A DNA stretch of 64,000 nucleotides, taken from a virus. Taxonomy: Duplodnaviria; Caudoviricetes. A program made the position numbers and the translations under genes. Positions 25,784 through 35,625 of the stretch are shown here, piece by piece; the stretch's first letter is position 1, and every line of letters begins with the position of its first letter. The DNA is taken from positions 1-64,000 of the IMG/VR virus record IMGVR_UViG_3300021086_000004, one strand, 5' to 3'. The notes below the pieces were generated by a model, which ran no database searches, was not told the origin of the DNA, and was given only the letters and a program-made list of their open reading frames with translations.

Positions 25784-26841
25784 ACGGCACGCACCCGCGC
25801 TTTGCGGCCGAACCGGGCGAACACGTCCGCTTCGATGCCCTTCACCACGCCACGGCCGAGCTGCTCCATCAGGTGATCCCCCTCGCCCGACGCACGCCCG
25901 TACGCCGCCGACTCCTGGTTCCCCTGATTCACGCTGTAGGCGAGCGCCAGGTCACGCACCGCGCCGGGTGGGGCGTGCCGGACCGCGGCCGTGGATGAGG
26001 AGTGCGTGGCCGCGGTCGTCCCGCCGAACCCACGGACCACCGTCAGGGTCCGCGGGGCGTAGATCGTGGCGCCGGTGTGCGCGGCCAGCGTCGACCCGTC
26101 CGACGCCCGACGCACGAGCAGGTCGTTCCCCGCGATGTCCCGGACGGTCATCCGCTCCGAGTCCAGCAGCACCGTCTCGCCGACGGCGAACCCGGCGCCG
26201 GACGTCACGGCCAGCGTGTCTGCGCCGGACGCCGCCGACACCGACCCCTGCAACGACTGCCCGGTCGTGAGCATGGCCTTGTCCGTGACGAGCATCCGCT
26301 CCGAGTCGACCCGCAGCAGGTGCCCGACCCCGACGGCGGCCGAGTCGGTCACGTCCACGCCGGTCTCGCTGGCGTCGAGCGCCTCCGCGAGCGCGCCGGC
26401 CGGGGCCTCGTCGTTCGAGTGCCCCCACAGGCCAGCGACGGCGATGTTCCGCTGCCAGGCGGTGCCGCCGCCGAACGCGGACTGGGTGGCGAGGTTGATC
26501 TCGATGTGCGTGTACGGCGGCTCATCCTTCGCATCCGAGCGGCGGAGGAAGTAGTCCGTCGGCGGGATCGCGACACCGCCGGACGTCAGCGACGTGACGG
26601 AGATCAGGTCGTTGTCGTCGAGCCAGAGCCGCCACGCCGACCCCTGCTGCCACCAGTCCGGCCAGTCGAAGTACCTCGTCGCGGCCTGCGGCCAGAACCG
26701 GCGGTGACACAGCCCCTCAACGCTGTCAGCGGAGGCTTCGAGGGCGCGGTCAACCTGGGCAGTGGCGTACGCGGACGCCTTCACGTCGGCCGCCGCAGCG
26801 ACCTCCTCGCGCGTGACATAGCACGCCCGGGTAATGCCCAT
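25780..26841 (-). CDS. Head-tail adaptor with inserted beta domains
   Basis: YVTREEV...VEGLCHRRFWP...FDWPD; duplicated DSERM.V segments. Confidence 0.75.
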   Translation of the reverse strand: MGITRACYVTREEVAAAADVKASAYATAQVDRALEASADSVEGLCHRRFWPQAATRYFDWPDWWQQGSAWRLWLDDNDLISVTSLTSGGVAIPPTDYFLRRSDAKDEPPYTHIEINLATQSAFGGGTAWQRNIAVAGLWGHSNDEAPAGALAEALDASETGVDVTDSAAVGVGHLLRVDSERMLVTDKAMLTTGQSLQGSVSAASGADTLAVTSGAGFAVGETVLLDSERMTVRDIAGNDLLVRRASDGSTLAAHTGATIYAPRTLTVVRGFGGTTAATHSSSTAAVRHAPPGAVRDLALAYSVNQGNQESAAYGRASGEGDHLMEQLGRGVVKGIEADVFARFGRKARVRAV

Positions 26842-26927
26842 GCCCTTCCTGTCCCTTGCTTACTTGGCGCCGGCCCCGAGGGGCCGAAGGAGGAGCCGTA
26901 TTCAGTTGTCGACCAGTGCCTATGCCG

Positions 26928-27644
26928 TCAGGTCGGCTCCACGATGTGCCAGCCCACGACCGACGTGTCGGTGACGACCCCCGTCACCGAGAACGACACC
27001 CCAGCCGACCGGCCCGACACCCACGCGATCCCCGCCGGAGTGCCGCCGGTCGACTGCACCGTCAAGAAGATCAGCGAGGTTGCGGTGACCGCCGTCGTGG
27101 AGACCGCGACCGGCGTCGCGCCGTTCAGCGTCAGCGTCCCGACGGTCGCCGCCCCGCCACCGGACTTGATCTGTAGACCCTTCCCCGCCGTGGCGATGAC
27201 GAGGTTCCCCGAGGTGATGGTGCAGTTCCCCGTCCCGGCGATCGTCGTCCCGGACAGGGCGCCTGTCGACGCGACCGAGGCCGCGGTGACCGCGCCGGTA
27301 GCCGCCACCGACGCCGCAGTCACGGCCCCGGTGGCAGCAACGGACCCGGCGGTCACCGCACCCGACACGGCCAGGGACGACGGCGTGAACCCCGACTGGC
27401 CGACGGTCATGATCGTGCGGCCGGCGCGGTCCTGGAGGTCGATCAGCGGCCCAGGGCCGCGTACGACGAGGGCCGCCGTGTTCGCGTTGGTGGTTTCCGC
27501 GTACACCGCCGCGCCGGTCCCTGAGGTGGACGCCTGGGTGGCGGAGACGGCGTGCCGGTTCGTGGCCCCGCCGGCCGGGGCAGACGACGCGGACACCGCG
27601 TCCGTGGCCGTGTCGACGGTCGCCGCGCGGACGGGGCTGGTCAC
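26928..27644 (-). CDS. Virion decoration / fibre-like protein
   Basis: Ala/Thr/Gly-rich; SVAATGAVTAA-like 11-aa tandem repeats; C-terminal beta domain. Confidence 0.65.
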   Translation of the reverse strand: MTSPVRAATVDTATDAVSASSAPAGGATNRHAVSATQASTSGTGAAVYAETTNANTAALVVRGPGPLIDLQDRAGRTIMTVGQSGFTPSSLAVSGAVTAGSVAATGAVTAASVAATGAVTAASVASTGALSGTTIAGTGNCTITSGNLVIATAGKGLQIKSGGGAATVGTLTLNGATPVAVSTTAVTATSLIFLTVQSTGGTPAGIAWVSGRSAGVSFSVTGVVTDTSVVGWHIVEPT

Positions 27645-27651
27645 TGCGGCC

Positions 27652-28032
27652 TCACCCAGTCCCTCGGGTACTGCCATCCGTCCCACTTGCAGTGGTACGT
27701 CCCGCCCGGCCCTGGTTCGAGCGGTTCCCCGTCGTTCGGGCAGGCCTCTGGGCGCTGGCTCGCCCACTGCTCGTGCTGCTGTCGGGCGTCTCGGAGGATG
27801 TCGATGAGCTGGTACCAGGAGATACGTCCTCACCCTCTCCGCCGTCGTCGTCTTGGTCTGGTTCGGTCCAGCCGGGTTCGCCTGGCGCGGCGTTCCGGTC
27901 GGAGGGGCCGCCGTGGGCGGTGATCTTCGGCACGATCGCTGTCCTTCCCATCGGCTCGGCGGTGCCGCAGCGCGGGCACGCGGACAGCCGCAGGCCGAAC
28001 CCGGCCCCGCAGCCCCCGCACACCCACGCCAC
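27652..28032 (-). CDS. Zinc-ribbon protein with disordered tail (paralog of 24787)
   Basis: WVCGGC...ACPRCG; PKITAHGGPS. Confidence 0.7.
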   Translation of the reverse strand: MAWVCGGCGAGFGLRLSACPRCGTAEPMGRTAIVPKITAHGGPSDRNAAPGEPGWTEPDQDDDGGEGEDVSPGTSSSTSSETPDSSTSSGRASAQRPARTTGNRSNQGRAGRTTASGTDGSTRGTG

Positions 28033-28044
28033 GGCCCCGCCCCT

Positions 28045-28530
28045 CTATGCGGCCACGAGGGTGGCGCCGTCGGTCAGCGGCACCCACAGCACGTACCAGG
28101 AGATCACCCCGTCGGTCCCCGCGGACACCGACTGGATCTTGCCGGTGGGGATCGCGATCGGCGGCAGGCTGAAGCCGTAGCCGGCGGACGTGTTCCCGGT
28201 CGGCGACATGAGCTTGTACGGGGTCGTTCCCGCTGTCGCCGGACTGCCGAACCCCAGCAGCGACCCGGCCGCCGTGTCGGTGGTGCCGATGTCGACAGCT
28301 GCGCACAGCGGGGCCGCGTCCCCCGTCGTCGGGGTGACCTTCAGGTAGTACGAGTTCGCGACGGTGATCGCGGTGGTGACCTTGCCGTACACGGCAGTCA
28401 GCAGCACCTCACCCCCGGCGACGATGAACAGGTCAACCGTCGTCGCGGCCAGCGTGCCGGTGGACTTGGTGACCGGGCCGAGGCCGAAGAGCGCCTTCCG
28501 GAACGCGGAGTTGTTCAGCGCGACAGTCAT
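28045..28530 (-). CDS. Head decoration-like structural protein
   Basis: Beta-rich, LFIVAGGEVLLT, W.VLWVPLTDGA; post-capsid position. Confidence 0.65.
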   Translation of the reverse strand: MTVALNNSAFRKALFGLGPVTKSTGTLAATTVDLFIVAGGEVLLTAVYGKVTTAITVANSYYLKVTPTTGDAAPLCAAVDIGTTDTAAGSLLGFGSPATAGTTPYKLMSPTGNTSAGYGFSLPPIAIPTGKIQSVSAGTDGVISWYVLWVPLTDGATLVAA

Positions 28531-28540
28531 CCCGGGCCGC

Positions 28541-29062
28541 CTATGCCAGCGCCGCGGCGAGGTTCGCCGGGGTCCGCTTGATCGCCAAGTCGTGCAGGAT
28601 GTACAGGCACGAGATCAACTGCGCCCCGGCTGCGCCCGTGTCCGCGATGTCCAGCGACACGTACTTGTACCCGTCGGCCAACTGCACCGCCCGCACCGGA
28701 ATCACCAGGATCTGCTGGTGCTCCGCCGAGGTGCCAGCCCCGCCCGGGTCGGTGATCGTCGCCGCCGCGGACTGCGTCACCTTCGACCACGTCTCCGTGC
28801 CGGCGAGGGTCGCCGCGTCCTTCAGGTAGTAGTGGTCGATCGTGGCGAGGTTCGCCGACGTGCCCGACGAGGACGCGGTGTGCTGCTTCAGCGTCACCAC
28901 CGGGTCATCGTTGGCGGTGCCGGCCGCCTTGAACACGACGATGCTGACCGCGCCCGCGTTCTTCAACGAGACGCGCTTGCCGGTCATCGCGGCGGTTTGG
29001 CTGTCGACGAGGACGATCCCCGCCGACAGGTCGAATTCGTTCCCGAGGCCTTCTTGTGCCAT
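28541..29062 (-). CDS. Capsid decoration-like protein
   Basis: MTGKRVSLKNAGAV, DGYKYVSL; AAGGAG RBS. Confidence 0.7.
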   Translation of the reverse strand: MAQEGLGNEFDLSAGIVLVDSQTAAMTGKRVSLKNAGAVSIVVFKAAGTANDDPVVTLKQHTASSSGTSANLATIDHYYLKDAATLAGTETWSKVTQSAAATITDPGGAGTSAEHQQILVIPVRAVQLADGYKYVSLDIADTGAAGAQLISCLYILHDLAIKRTPANLAAALA

Positions 29063-29163
29063 CCCTGTGCTCCTTCAGTTGGAGTGCCCCGGCCGGGGCG
29101 GGACTGCCGGCCCGGGTGGTGCGGCCGGCCCGGGGGTTCATTGCCGGGCCGGCCCGTAGCGGG

Positions 29164-29676
29164 TCAGACGTCGGGGGTGATCTCCGTCGGGTCGGACGCG
29201 GCGATGGTGAACCGCTCCGCGTTGCCGGGGACGACGACGACCAGGAGGTCGCCGGTCGCGGCCCGCCCGCCGAACGCGGCCTCCGCGTGGACGGTCGCCT
29301 GCCCGAGGGTGCCGGTCGCGGCAGCGACTGCGGTGCCGTCGCCGTTGTCGGTCAGGTTCAGGACCGTCGCGTCGTCCACTGTGTAGGTGACCGTCGCGTC
29401 CGCCGGGGCCGCGACGGGGTTCCCGACTTCGTCGGTGTACTCGCCGGACAGGGTGGTCTGCTGGTCGGCCTTCAAGTCCATGATCGTGTCCAATCTTCCC
29501 GTTGCCGGTGCCGTAGGTGTTCCGGGCTGCGGCCCGGGGGTCGGATTGTCGGCGGGCGCTGCGATGCGCCACGCCCAGCCGAGGATCGGGAGCCGGGACG
29601 CCAGCAGCATCCGCTCGTCCCGGACGACGTCGCCCAGGACTTCGCGGTGCCACGGAGGCATGCCGGCCGGCGCCAT
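29164..29676 (-). CDS. Ig-like domain structural protein
   Basis: VTYTVDDATVLNLTDNGDGTAV...GTLGQATV; start could be 29676 or 29481. Confidence 0.6.
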   Translation of the reverse strand: MAPAGMPPWHREVLGDVVRDERMLLASRLPILGWAWRIAAPADNPTPGPQPGTPTAPATGRLDTIMDLKADQQTTLSGEYTDEVGNPVAAPADATVTYTVDDATVLNLTDNGDGTAVAAATGTLGQATVHAEAAFGGRAATGDLLVVVVPGNAERFTIAASDPTEITPDV

Positions 29677-29678
29677 GG

Positions 29679-31046
29679 TCAGGTCCGGGTGCTGTTCAGT
29701 TCGACGAACGGCGAAAGGGTCGGACCGCCATTTGCCGGGGTAATTGCGGACATAACCCACGGCCTTCCGTCGACTCGCTGGATGATCCGCCACGTGGTCT
29801 TGTCGGAGCCGAACAGGAAGTCGGTCGAGGAGTTGACCATCATCGTCTGCCGGTCACCGACGAGGTAGTAGGAGAGGTCCGCGAAGACGATGTCGCCCTG
29901 CGTCCCCAACTGCGAGCACTTCTCGGTGATGAGCAGGGGGCGGCCGTAGATCGTCGCCGGCGCCGGACCCGCCGCGTTGGTGAACATGACCGGGGCGCCG
30001 CCGGTGCCGACCGAGAGGGCCATCTCCGCGAGCTGCGGCCACGAGTCCGGGGAGCAGAACCACACCGCCCGGGACAGGCTGGCGGGGAGCATCCGCGAGT
30101 ACATGCGGTTGATGTTCTCGATGACGATGGTGTTCGCGCCCTGGCCGGTCTGCGCGGTCTGGACGACGGTGGCCGGGTTCCCCAGGAAGCCCAGCGGCTC
30201 ACCCGCGCCGCTCCCGGAGAAGAAGCCGAGGTCTTCGAAGAACGCGATGGCTTCGGGCCATTTGGTCTCGACGAGCGCGGCGAACGACATGAGGGAGTCC
30301 GCGAGGAGTTCGTTCGGGACTGCGGACAGGCCGGTGAGCTTCTTCGCGTCGAGCTCGACGCGGCCGAACTTCATGGACGAGTCGGTGAGGGACGCGCCTT
30401 CCTCACCCCAGTAGGCGATCATCCCGCCGAACACGGAGCCGGCGTTCGTCGTCGAGTCGATCATCGGGATCGGCACGCGGGCCGACTCCATCGGCAGCAC
30501 CGTCGCCCGCGGCCGGACGATCGACTGCTCCAGGGCGATCTGCAACAGGTTCGCCCGCAGCGTTTCGGGGACGAGGAACCCGCCGTCCGCCGGCACCGTG
30601 GAGCCGAAGGCGTTCCGGATCGCGTTGAGCTTCGCCCGCTGCTCCTGCGCCTCCGGGGTGTTGTTGTGGTGCCACACCGCCTTCGCGAACTCGGCGCCGG
30701 TGCGGAACATGGCGTCGACCTGCGCCCCCGCCGACGCCGGGTTGTACGCGGCGCCCTGCCGGTGGCTCGTGAGCATGTTCGCCGGGCGGGTCTGCGGGTC
30801 CAGGTTGAGCCGGCGGATCGCCCCGCCGAGTTCCGGGTCCTGCCGCGCGAGGGCCGCGGTCTGCCGCTCGACCTCTTCGGCGACGAGCCGTGAGATGTCG
30901 GTACCGGGGGCCTGCTGGGAGTTGGCGTACCCCTGGACCCAGTCCCGGAGGGCGCCCTTGGACGCGAGGATGCTCGCCGACGCAGTCGGGTCGTTGAGCA
31001 TCTCCTCCATCTCGGCGGCGTTCTTCGGGATCGCGGGTGCGGTCAT
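29679..31046 (-). CDS. Major capsid protein (HK97 fold)
   Basis: DGGFLVPE, RPRATVLPM, WGEEG, FGRVELDAKKL, IYGRP, FADLSYY, RVDGRP. Confidence 0.95.
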   Translation of the reverse strand: MTAPAIPKNAAEMEEMLNDPTASASILASKGALRDWVQGYANSQQAPGTDISRLVAEEVERQTAALARQDPELGGAIRRLNLDPQTRPANMLTSHRQGAAYNPASAGAQVDAMFRTGAEFAKAVWHHNNTPEAQEQRAKLNAIRNAFGSTVPADGGFLVPETLRANLLQIALEQSIVRPRATVLPMESARVPIPMIDSTTNAGSVFGGMIAYWGEEGASLTDSSMKFGRVELDAKKLTGLSAVPNELLADSLMSFAALVETKWPEAIAFFEDLGFFSGSGAGEPLGFLGNPATVVQTAQTGQGANTIVIENINRMYSRMLPASLSRAVWFCSPDSWPQLAEMALSVGTGGAPVMFTNAAGPAPATIYGRPLLITEKCSQLGTQGDIVFADLSYYLVGDRQTMMVNSSTDFLFGSDKTTWRIIQRVDGRPWVMSAITPANGGPTLSPFVELNSTRT

Positions 31047-32626
31047 GGTGCCCCTCTCAGTGCGGCGAGTTGTTGGTCGACGGTCGTCGCCGGCCGAGGA
31101 GGTACGAGGTGTTGGGTGAGCGCGGCCCACGGGTCCGGGCCAGCCGAGGCCGGCTCAGGCTGCGCGGGCTGGGTTGGTGCGGTCCGTCCGGCGGGGAACG
31201 CCCCCGCTGTTGCCATGACCGGTTCGGCGAACTCGGCGGCCTGTAGCTCGGCCGGCGGGCTGTCGGGCTCGGCCGTGCCCGGCTCGCCGGGGTGGTCGAG
31301 GTCACCCGGCGAGCCGGGAGCATCGGCGGCCACCGCGGGGGAGGCAGCCGGAACGGGGTCAGGGATGGCGACGGCGGACGCGGGCTCTTCCTCGGCCACG
31401 GGCGCCTCCGGGGGATCGGCGGGCGCGTCGGCGTCCGGGGGTAGCGCCAGTTCCGGGCCGGGCTCGCCAACGAGCCGCGGTCCACCGGGCTGGGGCTCCG
31501 GGATCGTGACCACGGAGGCGACCGGCCCCGGCGCGGCCTCGCGGCCCGGGTACCGGAACACCGACAGGTCCCACCCGGCCGCCGGCCGCACGTCGGACCG
31601 TGCCGCAGCAGGCTCAGCCCCCCGCTTCTTCGGCGCCACCATGACCTCATCGGCCAGGCCAGCGCCCACGGCCTCGTCGGCCGTGTACCACTGCTCGCTG
31701 CGCATCGTGTCCCGCCACGACTTCACCGACCCGCCCGCGCGGTCGTGGTAGATCCCGGCGATCCCGTCGGACACCCGGTCGAGGATCGCGGCCATCTCGC
31801 CCATGTCGGCGGCGTTGCCTATGCACAGGCCGGAGGCGTCGTGAACCATCATCTCCGCCCCACGGCCCATGATCACCTTATCGGCGGCCTGCGCGATGAA
31901 CGACGCGGCCGACGCGGCCAGCCCCTCGATCCGGCACGTGACCGTGGCGGGGTGGTCGACCAGGGCGTTGTACATCGCGGTGCCGTCGAACACGTCCCCG
32001 CCCGGCGAGTTCACCCGCAGGAGGATCTCCGGAGAGTCGATCTCGGCCAGCGCCCGGCAGAACATCTCCGCGCTGACTCCCCAGAATCCGATCTCGTCGT
32101 ACAGCCACACCTCGACCGGTCCGGCGTCGTCGTGGTTGACGATCCGCCACCGGTCCGCGGCGGCCCGCGCGGCGGGGGGCTCATGCTTGAACGAGGCGCC
32201 CGGGCGGGTCAGGTCCCGGAGCGCGGCCGGGGCGTGAAGCCGCCGCCGGCTCGCCGGCTGGCCCGCCGCGTGGTCGTCCGTGCCCGCGTCGTCGAGGTGC
32301 GCCTGGAGGTGCTTCCGGACCGCGTCCTGCTCGGCGGCGGGGATGTCGGACTGCGGGAGCCGGGACAGGGCGTTCCGGGCGCCAGCCAGGATCGCCGCGC
32401 CGGGCTTCCCGTCCGCGTCGACCTCGTGGTGCGGCATCTTCGCAGCCGCCTTCGGCAGCTCCCCGCCGTCGACCTGCGCGGAGTCGTACCAGCCGTAGGC
32501 GGCCTTCGCCGTGGCCAGGGTCATCGGCGACGGAAGGCGTTTCTCGTTCGCGCCGCCGTCCCACGGCTTATCGACGGTGGCGGTGTGGTGCACCGGCACG
32601 GCGGTGTCAACGACAGTCGACGTCAC
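31043..32626 (-). CDS. ClpP-like (S14) prohead protease with N-terminal extension and C-terminal scaffold region
   Basis: LYDEIG, RVNSPGGDVFDG, GLAASAAS, MMVHDA, EQWYTADEAV. Confidence 0.9.
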   Translation of the reverse strand: MTSTVVDTAVPVHHTATVDKPWDGGANEKRLPSPMTLATAKAAYGWYDSAQVDGGELPKAAAKMPHHEVDADGKPGAAILAGARNALSRLPQSDIPAAEQDAVRKHLQAHLDDAGTDDHAAGQPASRRRLHAPAALRDLTRPGASFKHEPPAARAAADRWRIVNHDDAGPVEVWLYDEIGFWGVSAEMFCRALAEIDSPEILLRVNSPGGDVFDGTAMYNALVDHPATVTCRIEGLAASAASFIAQAADKVIMGRGAEMMVHDASGLCIGNAADMGEMAAILDRVSDGIAGIYHDRAGGSVKSWRDTMRSEQWYTADEAVGAGLADEVMVAPKKRGAEPAAARSDVRPAAGWDLSVFRYPGREAAPGPVASVVTIPEPQPGGPRLVGEPGPELALPPDADAPADPPEAPVAEEEPASAVAIPDPVPAASPAVAADAPGSPGDLDHPGEPGTAEPDSPPAELQAAEFAEPVMATAGAFPAGRTAPTQPAQPEPASAGPDPWAALTQHLVPPRPATTVDQQLAALRGAP

Positions 32627-32722
32627 GGGCGCCCCCTCATGGTCGAGCCCCAACCCACGGGAACTCGGGTAGCAGCCGCCAGCCGGTCGGCCGGATACCG
32701 AGCGCCTCGGCTGTCAGGGCGG

Positions 32723-32935
32723 TCATGGGCGCCCCTCGCCGTTGGTAGCTCCCCGGCCCCACGCACGCCCGGCGGGTGGCCGGCCGCAACGACAGCCATC
32801 CACGCAGCACATCGGCCGCGGGTCGTCCGGCTTGTAGATGTCGTGCAGCAGCCCGGCGTGTGGGCAGGCCGGATCATTCGGGCAGACCAGCCAGACTGGC
32901 GCAGGCCCGCCATCGCCTACGGTGACTGAGGTCAT
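32723..32935 (-). CDS. Small Cys-rich protein
   Basis: ATGA overlap with the portal stop. Confidence 0.55.
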   Translation of the reverse strand: MTSVTVGDGGPAPVWLVCPNDPACPHAGLLHDIYKPDDPRPMCCVDGCRCGRPPAGRAWGRGATNGEGRP

Positions 32936-35157
32936 CGCCAGACCCCACATATCGTTCCTCGGCAGCGTTCGCGGCCGAGGCAGCCGACGTACCCGCCGTA
33001 CGCACCGCCCGGGTACGCGGCCAGGACCATGTCCATCTGGTCGGTATTTCCCAACCATGTACCATTGACCGATTTGCACGGGTTACAGGTGTTACGGTCG
33101 TTCCGTTCGTTTGCGTATACGCTGCCAGCCGGCCCGGCCTGCAACGTCTCGACCCGGGCCGCGTTCTGAGCCCCGGTCAGTGCCCCGCCGCACCAGTCCG
33201 CCGGGGCCGCGTCCGTCAGCAGGTCCAGCGCCTCCTGCACCGCCTCCGCCACCGCGTCAGCCGTAGCGGCCGGGCCGTTCGCCCGCATCGCCGCGGCCAC
33301 CGCGGACAGCCGCAGCAGGTCCGCCAGCGCAGCCGCGACCACAGCGGCGACCTCGGCCAGGTCCGCCGACGACGGGGTACGTGGTGCCGTGGTCACGCCC
33401 TGGTCGGCGGCCTCCGCGACGACACGGCCGGCGGCGAGCGCGGCGAGGTCTTCCATCGACTTCACGATCTCGGCTGCGGCGGCCTCGGTGTCGACGCTCA
33501 TGCTGGCGAGGTCGGACAGCCGCCCGGTTTCGGCGAGCCGCCGCACCTCCTCGACCAGCTGCTTCTTCTGCGCGCCGCGGATCGGGCCGAGCGCGGCCAG
33601 GAGCGCGGCCAGCGCGGCCTCCCACTGGTCCTGCAACGGGCTGACATCGGGGAGCTCGGACGGGGCCAGGTCGGGGTGCGCGTCAGCGTTCCGTGGCAGC
33701 CCGGGGAGGGCGCGCCAGTGCTGGTCCAGGCGGGTCGCCACGGCGGCCACCGGAGCGGCGGGGGCCGCGTCTACGGGTGCGGGCGCCGACTCGTCGAGGC
33801 CCGCACCGGCGCGGTTCAGGATCCCCCGCGCTTCCTCCCACGTCAGGCACGACCCGACGCCGAGGTAGATCTTCTGGACCATCTCCGCCAGTTCACGCGG
33901 GGACAGGGCTGCGAGCGGGCCGGTCGTGATCGCCATGTCGGGCAGGCCGACCGCCATGAGCGCCTCGGCCGGGTCCGCTCCCCCGTCAACGAGCGTCTTC
34001 CACGCGGTCGTCCTCGCGGTCAGGTGCTCGTTCTCCGCCTGTTGGTCCGGCGGCACGGGTGAATCGAAGTCGAACTCCAGGCCAACGCCGGTCGCCCCGT
34101 ACAGCTTGAGTAGCTCGGTGTTGAGAGCGCCCTTGATCCGCCCGCACCGCGGCTTCACCTTCCACCGGGCGAAGATCACCTCCGCGGCCTCGGCCTCCGC
34201 CCGCGAGTGCCCGACGTCGGACCCGCCCAGGAACTGCACGTGCATCCCGAACGCCTCGCGGATGATCTCCCGCCCGACCTGCTGCAACTCGACGAACTGC
34301 ATGTCCCTTTGCGTGTACTTCCGGTCGACCCAGGTGCCGTGCTCGATGACCGCGACCCGGTGCGCGTTCGCCACCCCGCGGTGCTGCTCCGCCCACCGGG
34401 TGCGGAGTTCGTTGAACTCGTCCTCTTGGAGACGCGTCCCGGCCGGGATCTGAATGATCCCGCCCGGCTCGGCACTGTTTGCGAAGAAATTCCTGTTCCA
34501 TTCGGCCGTGTACCGGACCGCGTCGAGGTTCGTCAGCAGGCTCTGGACCGGTCCCATGCCGCGGTACGAGTCCAGCGGGTTCGGCATCCGCAGGAAGATC
34601 ACCTCGTCGAGGCCGAGCGGGATCCGCTCCCCATCCGGGCTGAGGTACTCGTACCCGGACAGGTACGTCTTCGGGTCCGGCACCGGCGCCATGCGGTCGG
34701 GCCGGACGGGCCACAGTTCGAGGGGCAGCTTCCCGGGGCCGCGGGCGATCACCCACCACGCCTCCCCGGTCAGGTCGAGGTGCTGCTGGCTCACCTCGAC
34801 AAATTCTTGCCTCGGCATAAAGGGGTTGGGTTTGTTCCACAGGTCGAGGGCGGCGTGGCGCATCACCTCGACCCGGTCCTCGTCCTTGCCGGTGGGCGAC
34901 GTGCGGTACAGGTGCCAGCCGACCTCGGCCGTCGTCGTCGACAACAGGTGGACGATCTGGAACAGGGTCCCGACGGAGCCCATCGCGCGCATCTGCGCGT
35001 CCGGGGAGCCGGCCTGCTGCATCCCCGACAGGAGCCCGCCGATCGACGACCTGGGCGCGTACGGGACGGGCAGCTCGTTGCGGGCCTGGACGGGGGGGCG
35101 GGTGATGACGGTGGGGCCTCGGACGGCGTCAGCGATGGCGCCAACCAGAGACCTCAC
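32932..35157 (-). CDS. Portal protein (HK97 family) fused to a MuF-like minor head domain
   Basis: KPNPFM, LTGEAWW, LWPVRPDRM, RGMGP, FFANSAEPGG; C-terminal CNPC...CLGRERCRG. Confidence 0.92.
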   Translation of the reverse strand: MRSLVGAIADAVRGPTVITRPPVQARNELPVPYAPRSSIGGLLSGMQQAGSPDAQMRAMGSVGTLFQIVHLLSTTTAEVGWHLYRTSPTGKDEDRVEVMRHAALDLWNKPNPFMPRQEFVEVSQQHLDLTGEAWWVIARGPGKLPLELWPVRPDRMAPVPDPKTYLSGYEYLSPDGERIPLGLDEVIFLRMPNPLDSYRGMGPVQSLLTNLDAVRYTAEWNRNFFANSAEPGGIIQIPAGTRLQEDEFNELRTRWAEQHRGVANAHRVAVIEHGTWVDRKYTQRDMQFVELQQVGREIIREAFGMHVQFLGGSDVGHSRAEAEAAEVIFARWKVKPRCGRIKGALNTELLKLYGATGVGLEFDFDSPVPPDQQAENEHLTARTTAWKTLVDGGADPAEALMAVGLPDMAITTGPLAALSPRELAEMVQKIYLGVGSCLTWEEARGILNRAGAGLDESAPAPVDAAPAAPVAAVATRLDQHWRALPGLPRNADAHPDLAPSELPDVSPLQDQWEAALAALLAALGPIRGAQKKQLVEEVRRLAETGRLSDLASMSVDTEAAAAEIVKSMEDLAALAAGRVVAEAADQGVTTAPRTPSSADLAEVAAVVAAALADLLRLSAVAAAMRANGPAATADAVAEAVQEALDLLTDAAPADWCGGALTGAQNAARVETLQAGPAGSVYANERNDRNTCNPCKSVNGTWLGNTDQMDMVLAAYPGGAYGGYVGCLGRERCRGTICGVWR

Positions 35158-35504
35158 GCCGTGCCGCTGTCAGGGGCGTCGGGGTCGACGATGACCGGCG
35201 GGCGTGGGGGGCGGGACAGCCAGTCGAGGGTGACCAGCGATGCGGCGGTGGCGAGGAGCCCGGGCCACAGGCCGGCGGCGACGTAGGCGGCTGCGGTGGC
35301 GCAGCCGAACCCGGCGGTCAGCAGTGCGGCTGGGCGGAAGGCGCGCCAGGCCCGGCCTGCGGCGCGGGTCAGGGCGTCGCGGCGGGCAGCCGGCCGTGTG
35401 ACGGCGAGGGTCTTCCCGATGAGCGATGCCGGCGCCGTTGCCGGTTGCGGCCCGCCGCGGACCCCGTTCGAGTGAACGTGGGGTGCCGCGACAGTAACCA
35501 TCAC
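35154..35504 (-). CDS. Small membrane protein preceding the portal
   Basis: Two hydrophobic helices; start (35504 or 35501) just downstream of the motif at 35506. Confidence 0.6.
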   Translation of the reverse strand: MMVTVAAPHVHSNGVRGGPQPATAPASLIGKTLAVTRPAARRDALTRAAGRAWRAFRPAALLTAGFGCATAAAYVAAGLWPGLLATAASLVTLDWLSRPPRPPVIVDPDAPDSGTA

Positions 35505-35505
35505 T

Positions 35506-35519
35506 GCGGAGGGTAACCC
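35506..35519 (-). promoter_or_regulatory. Putative late-promoter motif, copy 2
   Basis: Identical to 5383-5396; sits at the head of the portal-capsid-tail operon. Confidence 0.45.
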
Positions 35520-35625
35520 CGGTGGCAAGCGTCCGGACGCGGCCGGATGGTAATGGACGCTACCGGGCGAGTCGCGCTAGCCCATTCGGGGAGCGGGCCA
35601 CGGCGAGTAGCGGCGGGCGAGGCGG

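Noticed and set aside
29085-29160. Three CCGGGCCGGC-like repeats as an operator array
   Set aside because: Pure G/C, short and irregularly spaced; more simply a hairpin or chance in GC-rich DNA
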